DNA of 64,000 bases from an uncultured Bacteroidales bacterium (GTDB lineage: Bacteria; Bacteroidota; Bacteroidia; Bacteroidales; Prolixibacteraceae), in contig OW818689.1 in NCBI GenBank assembly GCA_942493325.1, forward strand, positions 2,664,583 to 2,728,582, read 5' to 3'. Numbering within the stretch: the first letter of the stretch is position 1; every line of letters starts with the position of its first letter. The position numbers and the translations under genes were made by a program. Positions 48,677 to 57,386 of the stretch are shown here, in pieces. Below the pieces are notes generated by a model, which ran no database searches, was not told where the DNA came from, and saw nothing but the letters and a program-made list of their open reading frames with translations.

Positions 48677-48926
48677 TTCTTTGTGGTCATTGCATGCCAC
48701 CTGGAAGGATAAAAAAAAGAAATAAGATTTTGTTGATAATATGCAAATTGGCAGATTTTCTCATCCTCTCATTTTCTCGTCTTCTCCCCTCGCCCTTTCT
48801 CCCAGTCACCTTGTTAGGATTTTGAATCTTGCGGCGCATTGAACGGATGAATTTCAATCGATTATTCTTTGCGGTCATTTGCGTGCAACCTGGAAGGATT
48901 TAAAAAATGGAAATAAGGTTTTGTTT
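48677..48926. repeat. Two R2 repeat copies (48677-48734, 48866-48926) flanking reverse-oriented word modules (48741-48810)
   Basis: R2 copies: TTCTTTGTGGTCATTGCATGCCACCTGGAAGGATAAAAAAAAGAAATAAGATTTTGTT and TTCTTTGCGGTCATTTGCGTGCAACCTGGAAGGATTTAAAAAATGGAAATAAGGTTTTGTT. The reverse complement of the middle reads GGTGACTGGGAGAAAGGGCGAGGGGAGAAGACGAGAAAATGAGAGGATGAGAAAATCTGCCAATTTGC. Confidence 0.7.
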
Positions 48927-48929
48927 GCC

Positions 48930-49128
48930 TGGACAAATCTTAGGGCTATTCTGATCTGAATCTTTTTGCATGGACTAATCATAGGGGTATGCCGGTCTGA
49001 ATCTTTTTGCATGGACAAATCTTAGGGCTATTCCGACCTGAAGCTTTTTGTTTGGATTCATCTTAGGGGTAAGCCGGTCTGAATCTTTTTGTTTGGACTC
49101 ATCTTAGGATTTAGGATTTAAGATTTGG
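48930..49128 (+). repeat. 41-bp tandem array, 4.8 units, with an 82-bp higher-order period
   Basis: Units start at 48930, 48971, 49012, 49053 and 49094 (the last is partial). Units 1 and 3 resemble each other (TGGACAAATCTTAGGGCTATTC.GA.CTGAA.CTTTTTG..), as do units 2 and 4 (TGGA.T.ATC.TAGGGGTA.GCCGGTCTGAATCTTTTTG..). Confidence 0.85.
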
Positions 49129-49340
49129 TTAATTTAAATCGATTAATTTCATTCAGCCCTCCGGCAACCGGCCAAAACAACAATTAATTTAACGGTTCGA
49201 CCCCGGGATATATCTAACAAGGTTCATGAAATACCGTCTGATTTATTTTTTAGATAATCAAAATTTTTTTTTCCAATCATTTGCATTATGAATGATAAGA
49301 TGTTAACTTTAAGCATGTTTAACCAAATACTTTAAAGCAT

Positions 49341-50078
49341 ATGAAAAGCTACCTGGAACCCTTGAAAGCATCAGTTTTGACTCATATGGAATTCGGTCAG
49401 CTGATGAAAAGACTCCTGAATGATCTTTCAACAATCGATCAAACATTACTGACTGACCAGCCTTACACGGACTATTTCCGCGAACTCACTGACAAGTTGA
49501 CTATTTATGAGAAAGGACTTGCCCAGGTACGCAAAAATGAAGAAACTGAAAAAATCGCCATTGCGGATACTGTTCGCGATAAAGCAATATCTTCGTTCGC
49601 TAAAGCCCTTAAGTTATATGCCATTTCTGACAAACCGGAAGAGATAGAAGCGAGCAGAATACTTAGGATTTTATTCAGCACTTATAAAAACCTGGCCAGA
49701 TTAAGTTATGAAGCCGAGTCGATTGGCCTTGACAAGCTGGTGAATGATCTCCAAAGTGCACATTATGCTGAACAGATCGCCATATTGAATCTTGAAAGAA
49801 ATGTTGACCGGATGAAAGTAACCAATGAGGATTTTAAAACAATATTTAGCAGTCGTATGGAAATTAACGCCACGACAGATTCCTATGACGTGAAGACCAT
49901 CCGTGCCGAAATGCTTCAAATTTACAATGATTACATCGCGTATATTCTGGCAATGAGTAAAGCTCATATTACAACTCCGTTCAACTTAAAATTGTCATTA
50001 CTGAATACTGCCCGTAAATATTATTCCGATCTGCTTGCCCACAGGAATTCGGTTAAAGCGGTTGCTTCGAATCCATAG
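49341..50078 (+). CDS. Hypothetical helical protein
   Basis: 245 aa with no signal peptide and no motif I can name with confidence. Confidence 0.5.
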   Translation: MKSYLEPLKASVLTHMEFGQLMKRLLNDLSTIDQTLLTDQPYTDYFRELTDKLTIYEKGLAQVRKNEETEKIAIADTVRDKAISSFAKALKLYAISDKPEEIEASRILRILFSTYKNLARLSYEAESIGLDKLVNDLQSAHYAEQIAILNLERNVDRMKVTNEDFKTIFSSRMEINATTDSYDVKTIRAEMLQIYNDYIAYILAMSKAHITTPFNLKLSLLNTARKYYSDLLAHRNSVKAVASNP

Positions 50079-50104
50079 TTGTGAAGAGTTAGCCTATTTA
50101 TAAC

Positions 50105-50145
50105 AAGCCCGCTTGTTCCTCAGAGTGAGGAGAGCGGGTTTTTGA
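50105..50145 (+). terminator. Candidate rho-independent terminator
   Basis: AAGCCCGCT ... AGCGGGTTTTTG, a 6-9 bp stem with a long 19-nt loop. Confidence 0.45.
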
Positions 50146-50254
50146 ATTCTGCCCTTCAATACTCAATCTTTTAGACGATGTTCAACGATGTTCTTTTGAA
50201 CTATAATCCAAAAATGCAGGGTTCGTTAATGAATTCTTATCATTTATCAGATCA

Positions 50255-50285
50255 TTTCCGGCTAACGCAATAATCCATATCTTTG
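50255..50285 (+). promoter_or_regulatory. Candidate promoter for guaA
   Basis: TTTC (50255-50258), N19, then TATCTTTG (50278-50285), 33 nt upstream of the ATG at 50319. Confidence 0.45.
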
Positions 50286-50318
50286 CGCCAAAATACAGTT
50301 CGTTTTAAATCCAATCTG

Positions 50319-51848
50319 ATGCAGGAAAAAATAATCATCCTTGACTTTGGCTCCCAATATACCCAACTGATCGGCCGTCGCGTTCGTGAACTCAATGTTT
50401 ATTGCGAAATTTACCCTTTCAACCATTTTCCGGAAATGGATTCATCGGTTAAAGGAGTTATCCTTTCAGGAAGTCCTTACTCGGTTAGGGATGCAAACGG
50501 ACCACGGATTGACCTGGCAAAAATCAAAGGGCAGTTTCCTTTGCTGGGAGTTTGTTACGGAGCTCAATATCTTGCTCATTTTTTTGGCGGTGAAGTAGCA
50601 GCCTCCGATTCGAGGGAATATGGCCGAGCAAATCTCAGGGTTACTGACTCAAACAGTGTTTTATTGCAAGGGATCAGCGAGAACTCACAGGTATGGATGT
50701 CTCACGGTGATACGATAATCAGCTTACCCGGAAATTGCAAAATAATTGCCTCAACAGGAGACGTCGAAAATGCGGCCTTCAAAATAGAGGATGAAGATAC
50801 TTACGCAATACAATTTCATCCCGAAGTTTTTCATACCACGGAGGGGACTAAAATTCTCGAAAACTTCCTGGTAAACATCTGCGGCTGTAAACAGGACTGG
50901 ACTCCCGCCTCCTTTATTGAGACCACAATTCAGCAGTTGCGTGATAAAATAGGCGATGATAAGGTGGTTCTCGGACTTTCGGGTGGCGTCGATTCGTCCG
51001 TTGCAGGTGTTTTGCTCCATAAGGCGATCGGAAAAAACCTAACCTGCATTTTTGTCGATAACGGACTTTTGCGTAAAAACGAATTTCAGGATGTACTCGA
51101 TTCTTATAAAGATATGGGGTTGAATGTTGTTGGCGTCGATGCCAGCGAGCGATTCTGGAACGATCTCAAAGGAGAACGTGATCCGGAGACGAAACGTAAA
51201 ATTATCGGCCGCGATTTTATTGAAGTATTCGATATAGAAGCCCACCGGATACAGGATGTAAGGTGGCTTGCCCAGGGGACCATCTATCCCGACGTGATTG
51301 AGTCGGTTTCGGTAAATGGACCTTCTGCCACGATCAAATCGCACCATAATGTGGGTGGTCTTCCTGAGAAAATGAATTTAAAAGTTGTAGAGCCATTAAA
51401 TCTTCTGTTCAAGGATGAAGTCCGTCGTGTAGGCCGCGCACTTGGAATCAAGCCTGAACTGCTCGGAAGACATCCTTTCCCGGGACCGGGTCTTGGCATC
51501 AGGATTCTGAGTGATGTTACCCCTGAAAAAGTCAGGGTGCTTCAGGAGGCGGATGCTATTTTCATGAATGGATTGAAGGAATGGGGTCTTTATGACAAAG
51601 TATGGCAGGCAGGCGTGATGTTACTTCCCGTGCAATCGGTAGGTGTAATGGGCGACGAACGGACTTACGAAAATGTGGTTGCCTTGCGCGCTGTGGCCTC
51701 AACTGACGGTATGACCGCCGACTGGGTACATCTCCCGTACGAATTCCTCGCCAAAATTTCGAATGACATTATCAATAAGGTACCGGGCATCAACCGTGTT
51801 GTGTATGATATCAGTTCAAAACCACCGGCAACTATTGAGTGGGAATAG
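50319..51848 (+). CDS. guaA: GMP synthase (glutamine-hydrolysing)
   Basis: ATG at 50319 ([18 protein letters not shown]). GATase [13 protein letters not shown]-PPase [11 protein letters not shown]-terminal KPPATIEWE. Confidence 0.95.
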   Translation: MQEKIIILDFGSQYTQLIGRRVRELNVYCEIYPFNHFPEMDSSVKGVILSGSPYSVRDANGPRIDLAKIKGQFPLLGVCYGAQYLAHFFGGEVAASDSREYGRANLRVTDSNSVLLQGISENSQVWMSHGDTIISLPGNCKIIASTGDVENAAFKIEDEDTYAIQFHPEVFHTTEGTKILENFLVNICGCKQDWTPASFIETTIQQLRDKIGDDKVVLGLSGGVDSSVAGVLLHKAIGKNLTCIFVDNGLLRKNEFQDVLDSYKDMGLNVVGVDASERFWNDLKGERDPETKRKIIGRDFIEVFDIEAHRIQDVRWLAQGTIYPDVIESVSVNGPSATIKSHHNVGGLPEKMNLKVVEPLNLLFKDEVRRVGRALGIKPELLGRHPFPGPGLGIRILSDVTPEKVRVLQEADAIFMNGLKEWGLYDKVWQAGVMLLPVQSVGVMGDERTYENVVALRAVASTDGMTADWVHLPYEFLAKISNDIINKVPGINRVVYDISSKPPATIEWE

Positions 51849-52254
51849 GCGGTGTGGCGATGGGGCGACATGGCAACAAGGCGATGGGGCGAAGATGAGA
51901 AAATGAGAAGGTGAAAAAATAATCGTTCCAGCTTGGTAATTTGCTAATTGGAGGAGAATTGGAAAAAGGGCGAGCACGTGAAGGTGCAGTCAAGGTGAGA
52001 AATTGAGTGACTGGGTGACTTTCAAAATAACGGATCAAACGCCTGTTGACTCTGAGTGACCGGGTGACTTCTAAAATAACGATCAAATGCTTTTTGATTT
52101 TGCTTAATCTATAAATGCAGTCACCCGGTCACTAGCCATGAGCTGACTTTGCCCAATTTTGTATTGCAGTCACCCGGTCACTTTTGAAGCTGGGAGCAAC
52201 ACCTTTCTATGAAAGAATTCGTGAAATTCGTCTTAATTCGTGAAATTCGTAACA
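51849..52254 (+). repeat. Composite word-repeat element, locus E (fills a convergent intergenic region end to end)
   Basis: GGCGATGGGGCGA words 51849-51892; GATGAGAAAATGAGAAGGTGAAAAAA 51893-51920; two forward (52006-20, 52055-69) and two reverse (52119-33, 52168-82) copies of AGTGAC(C/T)GGGTGACT; M1 module 52190-52252, ending 2 bp from the stop at 52255. Confidence 0.75.
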
Positions 52255-53181
52255 CTACAACGATACACTGATTAAATGCTCACTTTGCAGGAACTTTTCA
52301 CCACTCCACCGGTACGCGGATAATTGGCCTGAAACAACACAACTGTCGACACAACAGATATTTTCCTGGAAGATTGCAGGACCTTCGCCCAGACAATAGT
52401 GCCCGATGAAAACAGGTGGCTGACCGGGAGTGTAGGGTTCAAAAGTCGGAGCGATCTGCACAGGCACTGTATAATCGGGCAATATAAACTTATTCCCGAA
52501 CGAAAGCTCACGAAACGTCTTATTTTCAGGCGACTCCCACCAGTTCATCCGGAACATCGTCCTGCTCATTCCCTTACTGCATTTAACGATCAGGTCATTC
52601 GGACAATGGTACTCCAGACCTTTAAGTGTTTTATAAATTATTGTTGCTGCAGGATGATGCAGTTCGTGAATTGCTCTCAGAAAATCCTTCTTCAACCTTC
52701 CTTCCGGGAGGAAGCTCCTTAAAAAACTAATGTCACTATCATTCCAATAGGCGTGAGCGATCCTGATATGGCCCAGGTCGATAAAAAAAGGTAAGGTACG
52801 TAACCATTTCAGATGATCGCGCCATTCAGCCTGGAATCCTTTAAAGGCAGTAAGAGTACTCTGAATCTGGGTCCTGTTTCCTGCAATATGACGCGAAAGA
52901 TACATCCCGGAGGAGTCCTTTATATGATATAAAATTGCGCTGTATTCGTGATTACCCAATATGGTATGAGCAAAACCTGCATCAGTCATTTGCCTTACTA
53001 TCTGAAACGTTTCCCTTATTTCAGGTCCTCTGTTGATAAAATCGCCGATGAAAATGGCTATACGTTCGGGATGTTTCCATACCCCGTTCGTTTTCACGTA
53101 TCCCATCGTCTTCAGTAGTTTCTTCAAAAGCGAAGCGTATCCGTGCACATCACCAATTATATCATAATACTGCGTGCTCAT
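52255..53181 (-). CDS. Metallophosphoesterase (PrpE/ApaH-like Ser/Thr phosphatase family)
   Basis: Start taken at MSTQYYDIIGDVHGY (motif I, DxHG). Also GDFINRGP (GDxxDRG-like) and GNHE. The track start 53307 is probably an over-extension. Confidence 0.85.
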   Translation of the reverse strand: MSTQYYDIIGDVHGYASLLKKLLKTMGYVKTNGVWKHPERIAIFIGDFINRGPEIRETFQIVRQMTDAGFAHTILGNHEYSAILYHIKDSSGMYLSRHIAGNRTQIQSTLTAFKGFQAEWRDHLKWLRTLPFFIDLGHIRIAHAYWNDSDISFLRSFLPEGRLKKDFLRAIHELHHPAATIIYKTLKGLEYHCPNDLIVKCSKGMSRTMFRMNWWESPENKTFRELSFGNKFILPDYTVPVQIAPTFEPYTPGQPPVFIGHYCLGEGPAIFQENICCVDSCVVSGQLSAYRWSGEKFLQSEHLISVSL

Positions 53182-53319
53182 ATCATTCAAAATTAGAACT
53201 ATTTCGTTAACAATACCCGAATACCAGCACCAATTTAACTTTTCAGGACATAAAAAATGGCAGGACAACCACTTCAGGTTCGCCTGCCATCTTAAATACA
53301 ATTCCAAATAATCAGGAGA

Positions 53320-54606
53320 TTATGCGATTACTTCTACAGGAATATTTTTGTTAACATTCTTGCTGCCGATCAAGGCATAGAACAATAAATAGGCAAGGCA
53401 TATGAAGATTAACCAATAACTTGCACTATAAGAAGTCATGTCAGCAATCTTACCCTGAAGAAGCGGTATGATTCCACCACCAGCAACCATCACCATAAAG
53501 ATACCTGAAGCAGCTTCAGTATATTTTCCTAATCCTTCTACAGCAAGGTTAAAGATACCGCCCCACATCACCGAAGTACACAATCCACAGAAGATCATGA
53601 ACATAATTCCAATTGGAACCTCGGCAAGACCGAATGAAATATCAGACTGGAATACAGGCATTCTTACTGTGGTAGTTACAGGAAATAATATCGCTGCTAA
53701 AATAAAGATCAAACCAAGTAGTGAAACAGTCGCCAGCATCGCTTTACTTGAGAATCTCGAAGCAAGAGAGGCCCCGAAAATACGGCCGATCATCATTAAA
53801 AACCAATAAGTACCAACAACAGAACCTGCCATAGTAGCATCAATCTGCAGGCCACCTTCGGCCAGATCTGACGTCATAAAAAGGTTTGCAGTACTCGGTA
53901 TTCCAATTTCAATTCCAACATATACAAAAATTGCGATCGCTCCGAAAATAAAATGACGGAATGAAAGCGGACTATGTTCATGTTTAATTTTCACTTTACC
54001 TATCAAACGAGGCTCAGGAATTTCCATGATATAAAGAACAACGAAAACAATTGCAAAGATTCCCATTGCCATGAAAAGTGCAGGATTTGCCTTGTCAATA
54101 GTACGTTCAGCAGCATTGGCACCCATTAAGTAACCAACAAGCACAGGAACGATAGTCGCTGCAACAGAGTTTAAAGATCCACCGGTCTGAATAAGCTGGT
54201 TTCCTTTTTTACCTCCGCCACCGAGGGTGTTCAACATCGGGTTTACCACAGTATTTAACATACACATAGAGAAACCTGAAATAAAAGCACCTGCCAGATA
54301 AACGATAAAACTTCCAAGCTGACCTGAAAGAAATTGCACACCAACACCTGTAAAACCAACCACCACAGCTATCAATGCTGTCTTTTTATAACCAATCCGC
54401 TCAAGTAACATTCCTGCAGGAATACCCATAAATGCATAGGCAATAAAATTAGCAAAGAAGCCTAACTGAGACAGGAAATTAGATGCTCCAAATTGTTTTG
54501 CCACAATTACCCCCATTGGACTTGGAAGTCCGGTTACAAAGGCAATCATAAAAAACAGGGCAAACATCATTGCAATAGGCAATGCATAACTCTTTTTCTG
54601 ATCCAT
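53320..54606 (-). CDS. MFS sugar:H+ symporter (FucP / glucose-galactose GluP type)
   Basis: 428 aa, 12 TM. Its position next to galK supports a galactose/hexose uptake role (inference). Confidence 0.8.
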   Translation of the reverse strand: MDQKKSYALPIAMMFALFFMIAFVTGLPSPMGVIVAKQFGASNFLSQLGFFANFIAYAFMGIPAGMLLERIGYKKTALIAVVVGFTGVGVQFLSGQLGSFIVYLAGAFISGFSMCMLNTVVNPMLNTLGGGGKKGNQLIQTGGSLNSVAATIVPVLVGYLMGANAAERTIDKANPALFMAMGIFAIVFVVLYIMEIPEPRLIGKVKIKHEHSPLSFRHFIFGAIAIFVYVGIEIGIPSTANLFMTSDLAEGGLQIDATMAGSVVGTYWFLMMIGRIFGASLASRFSSKAMLATVSLLGLIFILAAILFPVTTTVRMPVFQSDISFGLAEVPIGIMFMIFCGLCTSVMWGGIFNLAVEGLGKYTEAASGIFMVMVAGGGIIPLLQGKIADMTSYSASYWLIFICLAYLLFYALIGSKNVNKNIPVEVIA

Positions 54607-54665
54607 AATTTAGATAAATTTACAATTGTTGATTAATTAATTTCAGTTGGCAATAATACAATTTT

Positions 54666-55826
54666 TTAGAATAACTTCTTAGCCCCATCACCAATTTCGG
54701 CGACATAGAATACAGGTTTCAAACCGGTTTTTTCCTCGTAGTTTTTTCCGACCTGTGCAATGAATGTATCAACAGCCTCATTTTTCACAAGGCTGACCGT
54801 ACAACCGCCAAAACCGCCGCCGGTCATTCGCGTACCGATCACTCCGTCGATTTTAAGGGCTTCTTCAACCATGGTATCCAATTCAAAGCCTGTAACTTCA
54901 TAATCGTCGCGCAGGGAATCATGTGATCCTTCCATTAACTTACCAAACTGAACAAGATCTCCTGCCCTCAGAGCCCTGACGGCATCTTCAGTTCTTTTGA
55001 TCTCACTAACAACGTGCCTTGCACGTTTACGAACCGTTACATTTTCAATTTTATCTTCCACTTTCAGGAAATCTTCCCATGATATCTCGCCTAAAGCAGA
55101 AATTTGCTGATATGGTTGTATTGCTTTAACGGCAGCCTTACATTCGGCAACCCTTTCGTTGTACTTACCTGAATCCAGTTTATGGGGACTATTGGTGTTG
55201 CTGATCACGATTTTAGTGCCATCGAGTATTACAGGGACCAAATCGTAAGCTAACGTATCGCAATTGAGGAAAATCGCGTGATCCTTCTGACCCATTGCAG
55301 AGACAAACTGATCCATGATTCCGCAATTTACCAGCGCAAATTCATGCTCGGCTTTCTGACCCATTTTGGCTAGTTCAACCCTGTCGATACCGAAACCATA
55401 CACATCATTGATCAGGACACCTGTTACCACTTCAAGAGCAGCAGATGAGGAGAGACCGGCGCCCGTCGGAACATCACCGTAGAACAACATATCGGCACCC
55501 TTGTCGAAGGTTAATCCCTTTTTCATAAACTGAGCAAAAACTCCGATGGGATAATTAACCCATTCTTTACCGATCGCCTTGTTAAGATCTTCGACCTTTA
55601 CCTCTGTTTCAAAGGGCATATTCAGAGAAGCAAACCGCACTGATTTACGATCAGTGGTGCGAACAAGACAATAGATGCCGAAACTTAGGGCACATGGAAA
55701 AACAAAACCGCCGTTATAGTCGGTATGCTCGCCTATCAGATTTACGCGACCCGGTGAGAAATAGCCACTTACATCGCCTTCACCAAATTTTTCAATAAAC
55801 TTTGCTTTTAATTGTTCAATCGTCAT
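54666..55826 (-). CDS. galK: Galactokinase
   Basis: Start at MTIEQLKAKF. Galactokinase signature GRVNLIGEHTDYNGG. GHMP motif PTGAGLSSSAALEV. The track start 55991 is an over-extension into the repeat region. Confidence 0.93.
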   Translation of the reverse strand: MTIEQLKAKFIEKFGEGDVSGYFSPGRVNLIGEHTDYNGGFVFPCALSFGIYCLVRTTDRKSVRFASLNMPFETEVKVEDLNKAIGKEWVNYPIGVFAQFMKKGLTFDKGADMLFYGDVPTGAGLSSSAALEVVTGVLINDVYGFGIDRVELAKMGQKAEHEFALVNCGIMDQFVSAMGQKDHAIFLNCDTLAYDLVPVILDGTKIVISNTNSPHKLDSGKYNERVAECKAAVKAIQPYQQISALGEISWEDFLKVEDKIENVTVRKRARHVVSEIKRTEDAVRALRAGDLVQFGKLMEGSHDSLRDDYEVTGFELDTMVEEALKIDGVIGTRMTGGGFGGCTVSLVKNEAVDTFIAQVGKNYEEKTGLKPVFYVAEIGDGAKKLF

Positions 55827-55998
55827 ATCTATAAAAATTAGAGTATTAACTGGTAGGTACTGGTAGGGGCAAATGTATAATAATTTGATCGTAAAGAAAG
55901 GAGGTAAAAAATGTTTAAGAACAGATTTCTGCTGGTGGAAGATTCGATTTGTTAACACAGTGCGTTTTTCTATGAAATTTAATAAAGGCATCTGGCTG

Positions 55999-56250
55999 CT
56001 GGCTGTTGGCGACTGGCGGCTAGCCCGCAGTCCATATTAGACTGATTTCATTTTATATTTAATTTTTTCACCTTTTTCTGTAGGATTTATTCACTATTAC
56101 AACTGCACATATCTTTCGGGATAGTACCAATCAGTTGCAAACGCAACAATTAATCGTAAGACGCCAGTTGCAAGCCGCAAGTTGCAAGCTGCCAGCTGCA
56201 AGTTGCCAGCCGCCAGTTGCAAGCAGCCAGTTGCAAGCAGCCAGCCGCTT
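55999..56250. repeat. GCCAG-word repeats: imperfect 23-bp inverted arms (55999-56021 / 56208-56230) and a 14-bp-period tandem tract (56163-56250)
   Basis: Left arm CTGGCTGTTGGCGACTGGCGGCT and right arm AGCCGCCAGTTGCAAGCAGCCAG are 20/23 complementary. GTTGCAAG recurs at 56167, 56181, 56216 and 56230, with GCTGCAAG at 56195. Confidence 0.7.
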
Positions 56251-56297
56251 TTGAATTAATATTCTCAATGTCAATTATTGCCAATGTTAAAAGAACA

Positions 56298-57305
56298 TTA
56301 TAATGATCTTCTGACAATCAACCTCGAAGGATTGCGAAATTTTATCTTCCGGTGATTTAAGATCATATCGGCCAAGACCTTCCCCATCAGGACAAAATCG
56401 GTTGATATGGTGGTGATTCCACCCGCGACAACCTCTTTCAGCATTGTATCGTTAAACGAAACCAGGCCGACATCTTCACCCAGTTTAAGATTCATGTCCG
56501 CCGCATTTTTAACAATCCTGACCAGGTTTCGATCGGATACAACCAGATAGGCCTCCCCTTTTTGGACATTCCGCTTGTCGACCGACCGGATAATTTCGGA
56601 TTCCAGATCATTCTCCCTGCAGAATCTGTTAAAACCCATCACCCGTTCTTCGGGTTCCTTTCCCCCGGGGAAAACCATGATCAATTTCTGATACTTGCAA
56701 AAGAGTTCTCTTCCGGCCATCATCCCATCATAAACATCCTGTTCAAAATCCTGGTAAATGACAGGGAAATCCATCAGATCGGGTTTAAGCCGGTCGAGAA
56801 TATAAACCTTATCAGCGGGTAATTGCCTGATCAGCTCTATCGAATTGGCAAATGTGGCCGGCATAATAACATAAGCACTGTATTTGCCTGCAGAACTTTC
56901 GATCAGTTCTTTGTAAACATTGAAATTGAAATGGTGGAAAAAAATATCAACGTTAATCCGGTTGTCTAACTGACCGAGGAAAGCCGCATATAAATCCTCC
57001 TTAAAAACATTCAATTCGTCGAAAAGGAGAAAAATCTGTTTGGCATAATTAAGGTCGGTCCTTTCGATGTAATATCCTTTCCCGGGAACGGAAACAACCA
57101 CCCCCAGGGCTCTCAATTCGTTAAAAGCAAGCATAACAGTATCGCGCGACAGGGAGAACGCCCCGCAAATCTGGTTGATTGAGGCAATTTTATCGCCTTT
57201 GTGCAGGATACCCTGTTCGATAGCCATACAGACAGAATTGATAATCTGTCTGTATTTTGGGATTCCCGCCGCTTCGTCAATATTAAAGATATTTGATAGA
57301 TTCAC
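56298..57305 (-). CDS. GntR-type HTH regulator fused to a LacI/PBP1-type sugar-binding domain
   Basis: 335 aa with a GTG start. N-terminal PKYRQIINSVCMAIEQGILHKGDKIASINQICGAFSLSRDTVMLAFNELRALGVVVSVPGKGYYI is a GntR wHTH. The remainder is a periplasmic-binding-protein-like fold. Confidence 0.8.
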   Translation of the reverse strand: MNLSNIFNIDEAAGIPKYRQIINSVCMAIEQGILHKGDKIASINQICGAFSLSRDTVMLAFNELRALGVVVSVPGKGYYIERTDLNYAKQIFLLFDELNVFKEDLYAAFLGQLDNRINVDIFFHHFNFNVYKELIESSAGKYSAYVIMPATFANSIELIRQLPADKVYILDRLKPDLMDFPVIYQDFEQDVYDGMMAGRELFCKYQKLIMVFPGGKEPEERVMGFNRFCRENDLESEIIRSVDKRNVQKGEAYLVVSDRNLVRIVKNAADMNLKLGEDVGLVSFNDTMLKEVVAGGITTISTDFVLMGKVLADMILNHRKIKFRNPSRLIVRRSL

Positions 57306-57386
57306 AGGATGGATTTTTCAGCCATAAAAATATGTTATTTTTATATTTATCTTTACGTTTGTGCACAGATAACTAAATTTCATTTT

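Noticed and set aside
48930-49128. Possible CRISPR array
   Set aside because: The 41-bp units are contiguous with no unique spacers. There are no cas genes in the window, and the units diverge in an A/B alternating pattern typical of a tandem minisatellite.
55827-55991. Long N-terminal extensions of track ORFs: galK to 55991, phosphoesterase to 53307, acyl-CoA ligase from 58213, galM from 57309, guaA from 50283, phosphosugar mutase from 43546 and NMO to 33678
   Set aside because: In each case the conserved N-terminal family motif begins at an internal ATG. The extensions cross promoters, terminators, repeats or the neighbouring gene.
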